DNA of 64,000 nt from Octopus sinensis. Lineage: Eukaryota. The notes beneath the pieces were generated by a model. That model worked only from the letters and a program-made list of their open reading frames with translations, was not told the DNA's origin and searched no databases. The position numbers were made by a program, and so were the translations under genes. The DNA lies in NCBI RefSeq assembly GCF_006345805.1, contig NC_043003.1:46872001-46936000 (forward strand), given 5' to 3'. Positions within the stretch are counted from its first letter, which is position 1. Every line of letters starts with the position of its first letter. Shown piece by piece: positions 1 through 11,963 of this stretch.

Positions 1-580
1 AAAACTGGAAATTCGCAAAAGAGAAAGAGAAATCTTCAAGATACCTCTAATAATATTGAGAGGTAGATTTCATCCTCAGAAGCAACGTGAAGAGAAATAA
101 ATGTGCTTCCATCCTCCGATTAATACGAACTCTGCGAGCATTGCAACATAAAAAAAAAGAGAGAGAAAAGACTATTCGAGATTTCTTCTCGAGCAAACTT
201 CTTATGTGCCTTAACAATTTCTCAGTGTATCATGGTGGGGTTTTTTTAACATGTTACTTTAATTCTTCAGTTGGTTGAAGCCATACTGATGCGCTGCATT
301 TTTCATTACACTTCCATAATTTACGTTCATTCAGTAAATGTTCATTTATTCATTGCAAACATTATGACGAATAATTTGATACACATATTTGGTACTTTAA
401 TCTCACCACAACGATGACAACATCAATATCAACAATACAAGCATAAATAACATAAACGGCATAAGCAATGACAACAACAACAACAACAAAAACTAACATT
501 ATGTTAATTATTATGTTAATTAATAATAGCTTCAATAACACTTTTTTCTCTCATCTTCAAAAAACATATGTACAGCCTCG

Positions 581-642
581 ATATACATACATATATACAG
601 ATATACATACATACATGCATACATACATAGATACATACATAC

Positions 643-688
<46 letters not shown>

Positions 689-710
689 TATATATATATA
701 TATAGATATA

Positions 711-748
<38 letters not shown>

Positions 749-761
749 CATACATATACAT

Positions 762-820
<59 letters not shown>

Positions 821-830
821 CACACACAAA
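581..830. repeat. Compound microsatellite (TACA)n/(TA)n/(CA)n
   Basis: Direct reading; explains the YI/HT/CV ORFs at 468-956. Confidence 0.95.
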
Positions 831-984
831 CATATCAATGAGAGCTTCGCACACACAATATTTTCGCTATTTGCAATTTACAGACATGTATATATACATC
901 AGATAATACATCATATAAGCCCACAGATATATAAAAAATATACACACCATCTATAATTTTAAAACCATTCCATACGAAATATGC

Positions 985-1625
985 ATTACAAGATAGACCT
1001 GCTGTATCTGTGTTGGTAACTTGATCCTATTTACATTCAGTTGTATCTATGTCTCATGAAGTATAGCTTCTTGTCTTACTAACATAGATCAGTATAGAGC
1101 CCTTGTTTGTTTTTTCTTTTTTACAATGCAGACCTCTGTCTTATAATAGAGAACAATATAGACCAGTATCTTAGTAATACTGACCAACTACCATATTATC
1201 AATGCAGAACAATTTGTATTACTACGACAGGCTACTTCACAAATGTGTCTTACAAATGAAGCCTGAATCATACAATCACACCAACACAGATAAAAACTCA
1301 TTAAGATTGATTTGTATTTTAACAATACAGATCAATACACACCTTTGCGTTATCAATACTGATCAATATAAACCAATATGAATTTCTATTTTAACAACAG
1401 ACTAATGGTGACCAATGTTCTCCTATCAACTGAGACCAATATAGACCTGGATTTAATCAGATAAGACCAACAAAAATATCTGTTATATCTTAAACATTCA
1501 ACAAAAACTTATGTCTATTGAATCAGTTTTACCATCAAAGATGAAGTGCCTTAACAATAGAGATTTATGTCTTCAATAATAGAGACTAATATCGTCTTTG
1601 TTTCTGTAATTTGTATCTTATCTGC
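985..1625. repeat. Old degenerate minisatellite, roughly 22-25 bp unit
   Basis: Recurring aacaata(t/c)aga(c/t)ca(g/a)ta-like units (e.g. 1153, 1321, 1353, 1437); period estimated by eye. Confidence 0.4.
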
Positions 1626-1759
1626 AGTGAATCAATGTTTCTGAATTAAAAAGAGATTATAAATATGTGTTTAAAACCTCAAACACACGTCATTCACTTT
1701 GGTTTACCAGGGTCTCACCAACTCATTGAAATCCTCAAATAGCAGTCACCTAATGAAGG

Positions 1760-1925
1760 GGGCCTCCTTATGTGGTCACTTGATCTGCTAGAAATAGCAG
1801 AACAAATCTCAAATTACATCTTATTGTCTTCAATAAAAAAGGGGGTACATTGGACAAGAGCTTGAAGATATTTGATTATGAATGTTTGATCACAGCTAAC
1901 CTGAGGTCTGAACAACAACAACAAA
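1760..1925 (+). mobile_element. SINE-like repeat 3' part with (AAC)n tail (family E)
   Basis: ctgctagaaatagcag...ctaacctgaggtctgaacaacaacaac; related pieces at 7505-7585 (-), 19345-19565 (-), 33780-33915 (+). Confidence 0.5.
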
Positions 1926-2699
1926 CTGACAACATAACTTGAAGTGTTCATTAGATATATGTTGAAACATCGACACATAACATGAAAGTAAATTTTAAAA
2001 TTATAAATAAATTTTTAAAAAAACATTTTTCATTGCAATGAGAGGATATTTCTTATTTCTCAATGAAACATGAAGGAAAAATACTCAGACAAAAAAAGAT
2101 GAAATTCCAAGGACAAAAGTTAATGAAATTGTGGAAGGGATTTGAAGAAAAAAGACAATTCTGTCAGAAGTCTAAGAGACGAACTAAAATGTTAAAAGTA
2201 GTTTATAATTCTTTCTTTTAAAATTGTTATTTTTAGTAAAACATTAAAATTTTCAGACAAAAAGGATATTTTTTGTGGAGTGATGTGTGAAAATATGTAA
2301 GACGAATACAGCTTGACCATTGACAGGAACGTGATAAACAGAACGGTAAAATGCAACATGGCGGTGATGGTAATGGAATAACAGTGTCGAAATAAATATA
2401 ATGCAACAAAAATTCAATTATAAGGTAATAATGATTTCTCACATATACACTCATAGCCAGTAATTTCTGAAGAGGGAACAGTCATTTATATTGAATACCA
2501 TAAATCAGAAGGCTTTCGATATAAATCCACTTTAAGTACGCATACAGATCGTTAATTTTGAACTAATACAACTTTTGTTACTAATAGTAAAGGTTTGTTC
2601 AGCCTGATGGCTAAAAGCGATGTCAGTTACCTTTTAGTCACTGCTTAACGATATCAGCTAATAGCCGGTGTTAGCTTTACATGAGGTGTCGTCAATATT

Positions 2700-2741
2700 T
2701 GCTGCTGATGAAGCTAACAAAGCAGAAATCTAGATCCAGCA
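2700..2741 (+). ncRNA. Minimal type I hammerhead ribozyme-like motif
   Basis: TGCTG/CAGCA stem I, CTGATGA core, GCT/AGC stem II, GAAA, palindromic TCTAGA stem III, AUC cleavage triplet; one extra A before GAAA. Confidence 0.6.
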
Positions 2742-2889
2742 CTCTCACTACCAATGCTGGAAGACCTTCGCTTGCTGATGATATTTTCCTGTGTTTATAA
2801 CATTATATGTCTGTTAGAGATACTTTCTCAAGACGAATACCGCAGTTTAGAAGGCTTTCGATTTATATATACTTCAACTTAAAGATCGC

Positions 2890-2995
2890 TAATCGATCAC
2901 AGTATTTAATTGATAGTTTATTTTATTAACATCAGAAAGACAAAAGGCAAAGCTAACCTTCGCAACATTTAAACACAGAACTTAAAGACATATGA
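2890..2995 (-). mobile_element. Degenerate SINE family B fragment
   Basis: gaaagacaaaaggcaaagctaaccttcgcaacatttaaacacagaac resembles the reverse complement of family B B-box/body. Confidence 0.45.
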
Positions 2996-3385
2996 AACAT
3001 TTCATCTTATGTTCTAATGATTCTGGCGATCCACCACTCAAACTATAAAGTAATAATAATATAACAATGATAATTATGATATAATATTGATATCGAAATA
3101 ACTGTCATTACGGAAGTAATAGTAAAGTAATATTAGTGTAGTAATGATATTATCATAATTATATTAGCGTCATTAGAAAATATATTACTAAGAAACACCT
3201 TCTTCGTTAAAAAATATAGTTAAGTTTATGTTAAATTTATTAAATGTATGGAGTATCAAAACAGTGAAGTAGTTCTGTGGCGAGGAGCGAATAAACAATA
3301 TTTGGCAAAATAATCAAAATAGATATTAGTCATATGTTTCAGCTTCAACCTTGTTTTGAATGAATGAGTGAATGAATGAATGACA

Positions 3386-3415
3386 GAGGAGAGAGAGAGA
3401 AAGAAAGAGAAAGAG

Positions 3416-3489
<74 letters not shown>

Positions 3490-3540
3490 GAAAGAAAGAA
3501 AGAAAGAAAAGAAAGAGAAAGAAAGAAAGAAAGAAAGAAA
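3386..3540. repeat. (GA)n/(GAAA)n polypurine tract
   Basis: Direct reading. Confidence 0.95.
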
Positions 3541-3698
3541 TCATTTTGAAAAGCTTATGTTTGTGACTCAGAATTGCATTATTTGAAATTTCCCAGACGC
3601 GAATAACACCTGAGCGTTTGGACACTTAACTCTCAGTGGTGAGGTTTTCATAACTTCTAAAAAGAGGCTTTACAACCGCTTTTTTTTTTGTGGGGGGG

Positions 3699-3895
3699 TG
3701 TTCAGACCCACTGCGCGGCATGTTTGGTACGTGTCTTCTACTGTAGCCTCGGACCGCCAAATGACTTGTAAATGAATTTGATTGATGGAAACTATGCTGA
3801 AGCCCATCGTATATATGTGAGTATGTGTGTGTCTTTGTGCCCATCTTTGTCTCCAGCCACTTGACAAATGTTGCTGGTTTGTTTACGCCCTTGTA
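3699..3895 (+). mobile_element. Diverged SINE family A copy
   Basis: Matches cccactgcgtggc...gtgtcttctactatagcctcgg...gaagcccgtcg...cttgacaa of intact copies; another diverged 3' half at 4440-4630. Confidence 0.7.
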
Positions 3896-3905
3896 ATATA
3901 TATAG

Positions 3906-3954
<49 letters not shown>

Positions 3955-4029
3955 GTGTGTGTGTGTGTGTGTGTGAGAGAGAGTGTGTGTGTGTGTGTGT
4001 GTGCGTGTGAGAGTGTGTGTGTGTGTGTT

Positions 4030-4105
<76 letters not shown>

Positions 4106-4644
4106 ACAGTATATTGTGTTATTGAGAAAAACACTTTATTTCCCGTTGCTCAGTTATCATTTCCACACCTGATGCGTGGCACACTTGTGCACCTGTGCAG
4201 ACAATGTCGGCTTGGTGGCGTGAGAGACCTTATGTGAACACAAACATTCGATTACCATAAGCAAAGCACTTGTGTAGTTGTTCAGCAAGTAATTGCAAAT
4301 CTTCACTCGTTGATTAACAACGGGAGAGTCCATGACACACACGCACACACACACACACACACACACAAACGCACGCGCACACACACATACACAAACAAAC
4401 AAACAAACAAACAAACAAACACATATTTATATATGTATCTGTGTGTGTGTGTTTGTTCCTCTACAATAACTTGACAACAAGTGTTGGTTTATTTACGTTC
4501 CTGTAACCTGGTAATTCGGCAAATGAGGCCGTTAGAACAAGAACCAGATCTTGAGAAGATAAGTAAACTATTCAAGACAGTGCCTCAGAACGGCTGTAGT
4601 CTGATAAGTGACACACGCAAAAGATTAAAGAGGATAAACATATA

Positions 4645-6990
4645 TATATGAAGTTACATATATGTCCGTCTATAGAGTGACCAATGGTTTCGAATCAATA
4701 AAGCGCTTAGTTTCATAGACGACTCGTCAAACTCCAATGGCCGTGGGTATATTACCGCTCTTCAAACTGGAGGGTGAAAACAGTTGCGGTTAGTTAATTG
4801 GTAAATAAAGGAATAATATACACCATCTGAGCCTTAAACGGAACGGGTTATCGCCCTTAGACCTGTCCGATCAGCACATTCAATGGGCCTAAAGGGCAAA
4901 CGAGGAATATCTGCCCTTAGGTTGGTTCCGGTGCGTAAATACTTTTTACAGCCTAATCGACAAACGGTGAATCCTACGCCTGTAGCAAGTAACGTTTGAA
5001 ATGGGGGCAGGGGCCATGGATTTTCTCTCTTAATCTCGTGTCTTGAGATTAAGAGAGACCTCGGGTCCAGCGAGTCTTTAAGGATTCTTGCCCGCTCTGT
5101 TATGCAAAGCTTGCATCATCTTCTCCCATTTATATAGGACCCCGCTGCGCTATTATCTTCCATTTAATTTCGTATGGAGCCCCTTTATCCTTAAGGCGCC
5201 ACAAGTGGCTGTCCAAGGACGTGACATAGCGTCTTTCCGGAATCCTAAAAGAGGACCTGTGGTTGTAAAGGCGCTGCTTAAAAGCAGTTCCGGCCGACCC
5301 GATGTGTCTTTGAACTTGAATGCTGGCTGTGTTCTCGCCTCTGGTGCATCTTCTGTTGCTTCCTGGCCTGAAATCGTTGTTGTTGCCACTGCTTTTGTCG
5401 GAACTGTCATCGGTGTTATTATTGCAGGGCGTGGGTCCGGTAATACCGCTGTCGTTGTTGCAGTAGTCATCTCCGGCAGTAGTATTGGTGTTGGTGCTGC
5501 TGCTTTTGCTGCCGATGGTGTTGTGGTTGCCGTAGCTGTTAATTCTGAGCGTTGGACTGATAGCTCTGCTGGTGCTGCTGGTACTGGCGTGGTCGTCATC
5601 TCCGGCCGTAACGCTTGTGCTGACGCTGGTGCCGGCGCTGGTGCTGACGCTGGTGCCGGCGCTGGTGCTGCGGTTGTCGTTGTCTTTGTTGTCGGTGCTG
5701 GTGTTTCTGCCGCTTAACGCGTCGCTGCCGCTGCCACCCTCCGTCGTTGCCATTGTTGTCGTCGATGTTGTTGGATAAGCAGCTACGGTCGTAGTTGTCG
5801 ATGATGATGCTTCTGCTGCTGCTGCTGCTGCTACCGCCGCCGCCTCTACCATTGCCATTGTTGTCGATGTTGTTGGATGAGCCGTTTCTGCTATTACAAC
5901 CTCATAGTGGAGGTACATGGCCTAGTGGTCAGAGCTGCGGACTCGCGGTCGAGGGATTGCGGGTTCGAATCTCAGACCGGGCGATGTGTGTATTTATGAG
6001 CGAAAAACACCTAAGCTCCACGCGGCTCCGGCAGAAGGTAATGGCGAACTTCTGCTGACTCTTTCGCCACAACATTCTCTCACTCTTTCCTCCTGCATCT
6101 TGCAGCTCACCTGCGACGGACCGGCGTCCCGTCCAGGTGGGGAACCTATACGCCAAGAAACCGGGAAACCGGACCTTATGAGCCAGGCATGGCTCGAGAA
6201 GGAACAAACAACAACCTCATATACGACTCCCTCATCTCGCATTGCCACACCACCACCACTGGGTAGTCAGTGTACACCCTGCATGAGCAACCGGCCGCTG
6301 CTCACGTTTATTGTTGGGTGCGCAACTAACGGAAACCCTTAGGTTGTGCCTATTGGACAAACGTCCGTTCCTGTGTGACTGCGTGAAGTGCTTGTCTATT
6401 AATCCAAAGAATATTCTTCCCATACAAGTTTTAATGTTGACTAAAAAGGGTGGGGAAAACCAATGACGTTCCGGCAGAGCTTCCTTTTGAGGGTGCTAGG
6501 GCCCGGCATACACGAGATGCGGTTCTTAAATCCACTGGACGCCAGGGCCTCGTTGTAATAGGGGTCAGCGGCGTCGAAAATTTTTTGATTCGAGAACATG
6601 TTCGAGATACTTTTGCTAGATTCCTGAACACGATAGACGGGTGGCAGGAGGCTGTGTTGATGCAGGATAGTCTCTCGTATGGTTTAAGGTAGGACCTGTA
6701 TGAACAGGAACCCGAATCTAGCGTGACGTCTAGGAAATTTACGATGGGGAGGTTGGTCTAAATTATTATTTTGAGTCCCATGGAATCTAGGATGGTAGTC
6801 AGGTCTTTTCTAAGTCTATCAAGAGTGGGCCTGTTGGCGCCTCTAACCGCATCGGTTTTCTACCTCCAGTTTGAAGAGTGGTTATATGCCCGCGGCCATT
6901 GGAATCTGACGAGTCGTCTCAAAAGCTAAGCGCTTCATGGATGCAAAACCATTGGTCACCCTATGACTGGACATATATTTAACTTCATGT
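4645..6990 (-). mobile_element. 5'-truncated Penelope-like element (RT C-terminus + GIY-YIG endonuclease, pseudogenised) with ~150 bp inverted termini
   Basis: Minus strand 6840-6290 reads LPIVNFLDVTLD..YRSYLKP..HPSIV..IFDAADPYYNEALASSGF..MGRIFFGLIDKHF..NLRVSVSCAPN (PLE RT thumb/linker). 5300-5060 reads HIGSAGTAFKQRLYNHRSSF..LWRLKDKGAPYEIKWKII..SYINGRR*CKLCITE (PLE GIY-YIG). 4645-4793 and 6842-6990 are inverted copies. Confidence 0.9.
5907..6210 (+). mobile_element. tRNA-derived SINE (family C) inserted in the Penelope ORF
   Basis: A box TGGCCTAGTGG, B box GGTTCGAATCT, central tgcgacggaccggcgtcccgtccagg..gaaaccggga domain, 11-bp TSD acaacctcata (5896-5906, 6211-6221). Confidence 0.9.
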
Positions 6991-7105
6991 AAATACACTA
7001 CTTCTCTAATATTTAGAGTGTGCTTCTTTTTCAGTTATATTATCCACTGACGATATATATATGCGTGCATGTGTGTGTGTGTGTGTGTGTGCGTGCGTAC
7101 GTTCG

Positions 7106-7141
<36 letters not shown>

Positions 7142-7627
7142 TGTTTGTGTAAATTTAATTTGAATAATCCTCATCCCTAATAAATATAATGAACAATACT
7201 CTTTCAAATCGGAACTGACTGTGTGACATGATTTACGGGATCGAAATTGGGTTTGTTTGATTTTCTTCAAATCAATCATAAAAAAATTGATTGGTGTTCA
7301 AAGAAGATAAAAGAACACTGCAAAAGGCAAGTAACGAATTATAGAAAAAAAAAACTTTTGATACTGCCCAGTCTACTAAAATCACATTGTAAGGCTGAGT
7401 GAATCCTGCCGACCAACTGAGCTGTTACTAACAAACGAAACAATTACAACACATAGAAATAGAATAGGATCTATAAAATTATTATGTAGTATTGTTGTGT
7501 AGTATTGTTGTTGATTTTAGCCCAAGTTGTCCTTGATCTATCAGTCGTATGATCATCAAAGGAAAACCGGCTATGACTAGTCCGTTTTGTGTGTGTGTGT
7601 GTGTGTAAGATGAAAGGTACGTATCAT

Positions 7628-7862
7628 AATGGTGTTGCATTCACGATCGTAAGATTGTGGTTTCGATTCCGGCAACGGGCAATGCATAATGTCCTTGAGC
7701 ACATTTCATTTCGCGTTGCTCCAGTTCACTCAGCTGCAAGTGAGCTCCGGCCCTGCGACGCATCGGCGACCCGTTCAGTGGGAAAGAAGTGTTGTGATCT
7801 TGTTAGCTATATACCTTATGGAAATCGGGTCCGGTTCTAGTCTTATGACTCCTAAGGCAGCT
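7628..7862 (+). mobile_element. Old SINE related to the 49823 copy
   Basis: gatcgtaagattgtggtttcgattcc..ccttgagcac..cgttgctccagt..ccctgcgacg; a similar old copy at 19667-19910. Confidence 0.65.
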
Positions 7863-8361
7863 AAGTCTAAGTCTAAAAGTGTACCTTCGACTACATTGTC
7901 GAATACATCTTTTTATGCTTGTTTGAGACCCTCTGGCTGCTATTTCTAGCAGATCGTATAACCATGTACACACCGCTTATCACGACGTAACGTTGTTTGT
8001 CGTAATTAAATTTTATGTCGATGTTGTTATGAGAATAGGAAAGATCAAAAACCATTACACACTGTACTGTAAATCCATTCTACTCCAATCACATTAACAG
8101 TCACATCCAGTTTTATAAATTGTGAGAAACCATGTTTTCGCCCTACATTAGGGTTGTCAGTCCTTGGCAAGCCGAATTTCGTCATCCTCAACGTATGATA
8201 TTTTTATCAATTTTCACAGGGAGAGAAAACTACTACAGGTATCACACCAACTTTCCGGGCACTGATGGCCCGGGACCTTTCGTAATCTACCCTAATTTGC
8301 TCTAATGTATGGGTAGCTGTATTTCATTTAGTTATTCGTGTATAATTTGTTTAATTTAGAG

Positions 8362-8588
8362 CAGGAATGGGCAACTTTTCCTCAATTAAGGGCCGCATCG
8401 TACCATTTCCAAGTGGGAGAGGGCCGCATGATAAAACATATTTTTTGCAGTTCTTCTTCATTTTATTTGTCTCAGTATGAAATTTTATTTGTCTTAGTAT
8501 AAAATTTTATTTGTTTCAGTATCTAATTAGCAACCTAGAAATTCGTGGAGGGCCGCACATGTTGAGGATGGCAGGTTGCCCATGCACG
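8362..8588. mobile_element. hAT-type MITE
   Basis: Termini caggaatgggcaac / gttgcccatgcacg; near-identical 8-bp flanks atttagag/acttagaa; internal ~21-bp repeat x3. Confidence 0.7.
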
Positions 8589-8940
8589 ACTTAGAATGTG
8601 TTAACCACCCGTCGTTCAGGGGAAAAAAATGAAAAATCTTAAAAGGTTTTTGGAACAAAAGGCTATAGTAGAAGATACTTGTCCAAGGTACCGCACAGTG
8701 GGGCTAAACCTGAAACCACATGGTTCCGAAACAAACCCCTTCACACAGAGTCACGTCTGCGCCTATATCTATATTTCTATTATATCACATTCTGTTAACA
8801 AAACTACCTAAATAGACCCGTGTCAGCGGCGACTGTAGGTACGCCTTTTGCACCTAAGCTTTTCCTCCCGTGGTGCTCGTTAGAGTTAGTTAAATGCATA
8901 CCGCCCGAGTAGCCGACCTCGTTTATTTTTAAGTTGGTGC

Positions 8941-9140
8941 GCAAGGCAGAATCGGTAGCACACTGAGCAAATTGCTTAGCGGTATTTTGTTCGTCGAAAC
9001 GTCCTGAGTTCAAACTCCGCTGAGGTTGACTTTGCCTTTTATCCTATCTGGGTCGATAAATTAAGTACCAGTTGAGTACTGGGGATGATGTAATCGACTT
9101 AACCCCAAAATTTCAAATCTTATGCCTATAATAGAAAATA
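8941..9140 (+). mobile_element. SINE family B, older monomer
   Basis: ggcagaatcggtagcac..gagttcaaactccgctgaggttgactttgcc..aagtaccagttg. Confidence 0.8.
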
Positions 9141-9285
9141 TCAGGTTGGTGCTAATATATATAAGATAAGAAGCCTACTAAAAAATATAATTATGCAGCG
9201 AAGAAAAAAAAGAATTATTTTCATTCTTTGGGGAAAGTACCGAATAGATTACCGGATATTTCAAAGCATTATACTACTTCACCAC

Positions 9286-9883
9286 GGCGACGAGCTGGCA
9301 GAATCGTTAGCACGCTAGGCAAAATGCTTAGTGGTATTTCGTCTACCGTTACGTTCTGAGTTCAAATTCCGCCGAGGTCAACTTTGCCTTTCATCTTTTC
9401 GGAGTCGATTAAATAAGTGCCATTTACGCACTGGGCTCGATATAGTCGACTTAATCCGTTTGTCTGTCCTTGTTTGTATCCTCTGTGTGTAGCCCCTTGT
9501 GGGTAGTAAAGAAATAGGTATTTCGTCTAACGTTGAGTTCGAATTCCGCCGAGGTCGACTTTGCCTTTTATCCTTTCGGGGTCGATTAAATAAGTTCCAG
9601 TTACACACTGGGGTTGATATAATCAACATAAGCCGTTTGTCTGTCCCTGTTTGTCCTCTCTGTGTTTAGCCCCTTGTGGGTAGTAAAGAAACAGGTATTT
9701 CGTCTGCCGCAACGTTCTGACTTCAAATTCCGCCGTGATCCACTTTGCCTTTCATCCTTTCGGAGTCGATTAAATAAGTACCAGTCACGCACTGGGGTCG
9801 ATGTAATCGACTTAGTCCCTTTGTCTGTCATTGTTTGTCCCCTCTATGTTTAGTCCCTTGTGGGCAATAAAGAATTAAATTTA
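9286..9883 (+). mobile_element. SINE family B, trimeric copy with 18-bp TSD
   Basis: One head (ggcgacgagctggcagaatcgttagc), three tandem ~175-190 bp body units; TSD attatactacttcaccac at 9268-9285 and 9884-9901. Confidence 0.92.
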
Positions 9884-10400
9884 ATTATACTACTTCACCA
9901 CCCCACGATTAGGTCCACGTTTCCAATTTGTACAATCCACTTATTCCATGACTTACATGTGATAGATAATACATAACCTGCAACACTAAAATCACAAACG
10001 TTCTCTTCATGCTTCTGCTGATACATGTCACACACAGAGAACTCTTTGTAAAGAGAGATTTTTCTGCTTTTTCACTCATTACAGTTATGTGTTCTTTAAT
10101 TACATTCCACATACTTTGCAGTGCAGATACTTCAACTACTATGCTACACACCATCAGTACTAATTAGGTCAATTTATCTACTTAAGTCCTTTACTATTGC
10201 AGATAGTCACTTGCATTGGTACATTTGGTACATATTTAAAAGTTCGTTCCCACTCGGTCAAATATAAGCATTATGCAGAGACATTTAGATACATACATAC
10301 ATACATACATACATACATACATACATGCATACATGCATACATACATACATACATACATACATACATACATACATACATACATACATACATACATACATGC

Positions 10401-10656
10401 TCTCTTTAGTTTTTTACTCTCTTTTACTTGTTTCCGTCATTTGACTGTGGCTATGCTGAGGCACCGCCTTTAGTCGAGCAAATCGACCCCACGACTTATT
10501 CTTTGTAAGCCTAGTATTTATTCTATCGGTGTCTTTTGCCGAACCGCTAGGTTACGGGGATGTAAACACACCGGCATCGGTTGCCAAGCGATGTTGGGGG
10601 GACAAACACAGACACACAAACATATACACACACATACATATATATATATATTATAT

Positions 10657-10694
<38 letters not shown>

Positions 10695-10858
10695 CGACGG
10701 GCTTCTTTCAGTTTCTGTCTACCAAATCCACTCACAAGGCTTTGGTCGGCCCGAGGCTATAGTAGAAGACACATGCCCAAGGTGCCACGCAGTGGGACTG
10801 AACCCGGAACCATGTGGTTGGTAAGTAAGCTACTTACCACACAGCTACACCTATACCT
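10401..10858 (-). mobile_element. SINE family A, full length with internal TA/CA tract
   Basis: tRNA-like head (gctgtgtggtaag..ggttccgggttcagtccca), central microsatellite, tail ggcggtgc..catagccacagtcaaatgac..gaaacaagtaaaagagagt. Confidence 0.92.
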
Positions 10859-10984
10859 ATGTACGTACATACATACATACATACATACATACATACATAC
10901 ATACATACACAAACGCACGCATGCATACACACTCACACACATATACATACATGCAACCAGGCCAATAGCATGTATATTCTGCTA

Positions 10985-11237
10985 AAGTCCCGGGTCGATC
11001 AATACCTTGTAATGTAGACGGAAACTGTGTGGAAGCCTGCCGTATACACATGTATACATGTATGTATTTGTGTGTGTGTGTATCTCCACTCAGTGCTTGA
11101 CGACCGGTATTGCCTTGTTTACGTCCCTGTAATATAGCGTACCAGGTTTTTAAAAATAAGTACTGGATCGATTTCTTCGACTAAATCTTTTACAGTCGAG
11201 TCCCAGCATGTCCACAGTGCAATAACTGAAACAGATA
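10985..11237 (+). mobile_element. SINE family A, old diverged copy
   Basis: gacggaaactg..gaagcctgccg..cttgacgaccgg..aagtactggatcgatttcttcgactaaa..cagcatgtccacag. Confidence 0.7.
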
Positions 11238-11665
11238 CGAACACGCCATCTTAAACTGTGTTTTAAAGTTGTTTTTAGCAGCTTATATTCATGTTATCTC
11301 TTGTTAGATCAGTTGCCTGTAAGAAACTCTTAATGATGTTTAACATTTTATCGCTCTTTTCTCCAATCTCAATAACACTAAGTCAGTAAGTAAACGATGT
11401 TTCTCTTATTTATAAGGGAAAAAAAAAAGACAATAATTGGTTCGGCATTGAATATATCGGCTTTATTTTTAGAGAAAAGCAGTCTTCTCCGACCCACACT
11501 CTTGATGTTGATGGCAATGTATGTATGCGTACATATGCGTATGTATATATGTATGTATATATGTATGTATATATGCATGCATATATTGTGTGAGTATGTG
11601 TGTGTTTGTAGAATGAACATTTTTCCGCTTCCTTTGTTCACCACAACACTTCCTCCTCTCTTTCT

Positions 11666-11733
<68 letters not shown>

Positions 11734-11963
11734 ACTCTCTGTATCTCTCCCTCCAACTTCTCAACGAAGCCACAAATTTGCTTCACTTATGAAACCGGAA
11801 AGAATGCCGATCATTCCCGGAAACACCCACAAACAGTAAACGTTTCTTTAATATAAAGAAGGACACACAACAACAGATACACGCATATATATATGTGTGT
11901 GTGTATAGTTTCCTACAATGCAAACACGCGCATATACATATGTATGTAAGCATATATGTATGC

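Noticed and set aside
1-340. Possible Tc1-like transposase remnant on the minus strand (KKTPP..HKKFARE)
   Set aside because: Only scattered residues across several frameshifts; no TIR or catalytic motif visible.
5118-5124. In-frame TGA near the CxxC of the Penelope endonuclease as possible selenocysteine
   Set aside because: It occupies the Arg position before the first Cys (CGA>TGA decay fits), the region is also frameshifted, and I see no SECIS.
9286-9883. CRISPR-like or satellite array
   Set aside because: Units are SINE bodies with no unique spacers, and the context is eukaryotic.
9905-10160. Decayed C2H2 zinc-finger exon (HCKVCG, HNCNE on the minus strand)
   Set aside because: No complete C-x2-C..H-x3-H unit or TGEKP linker in any frame.
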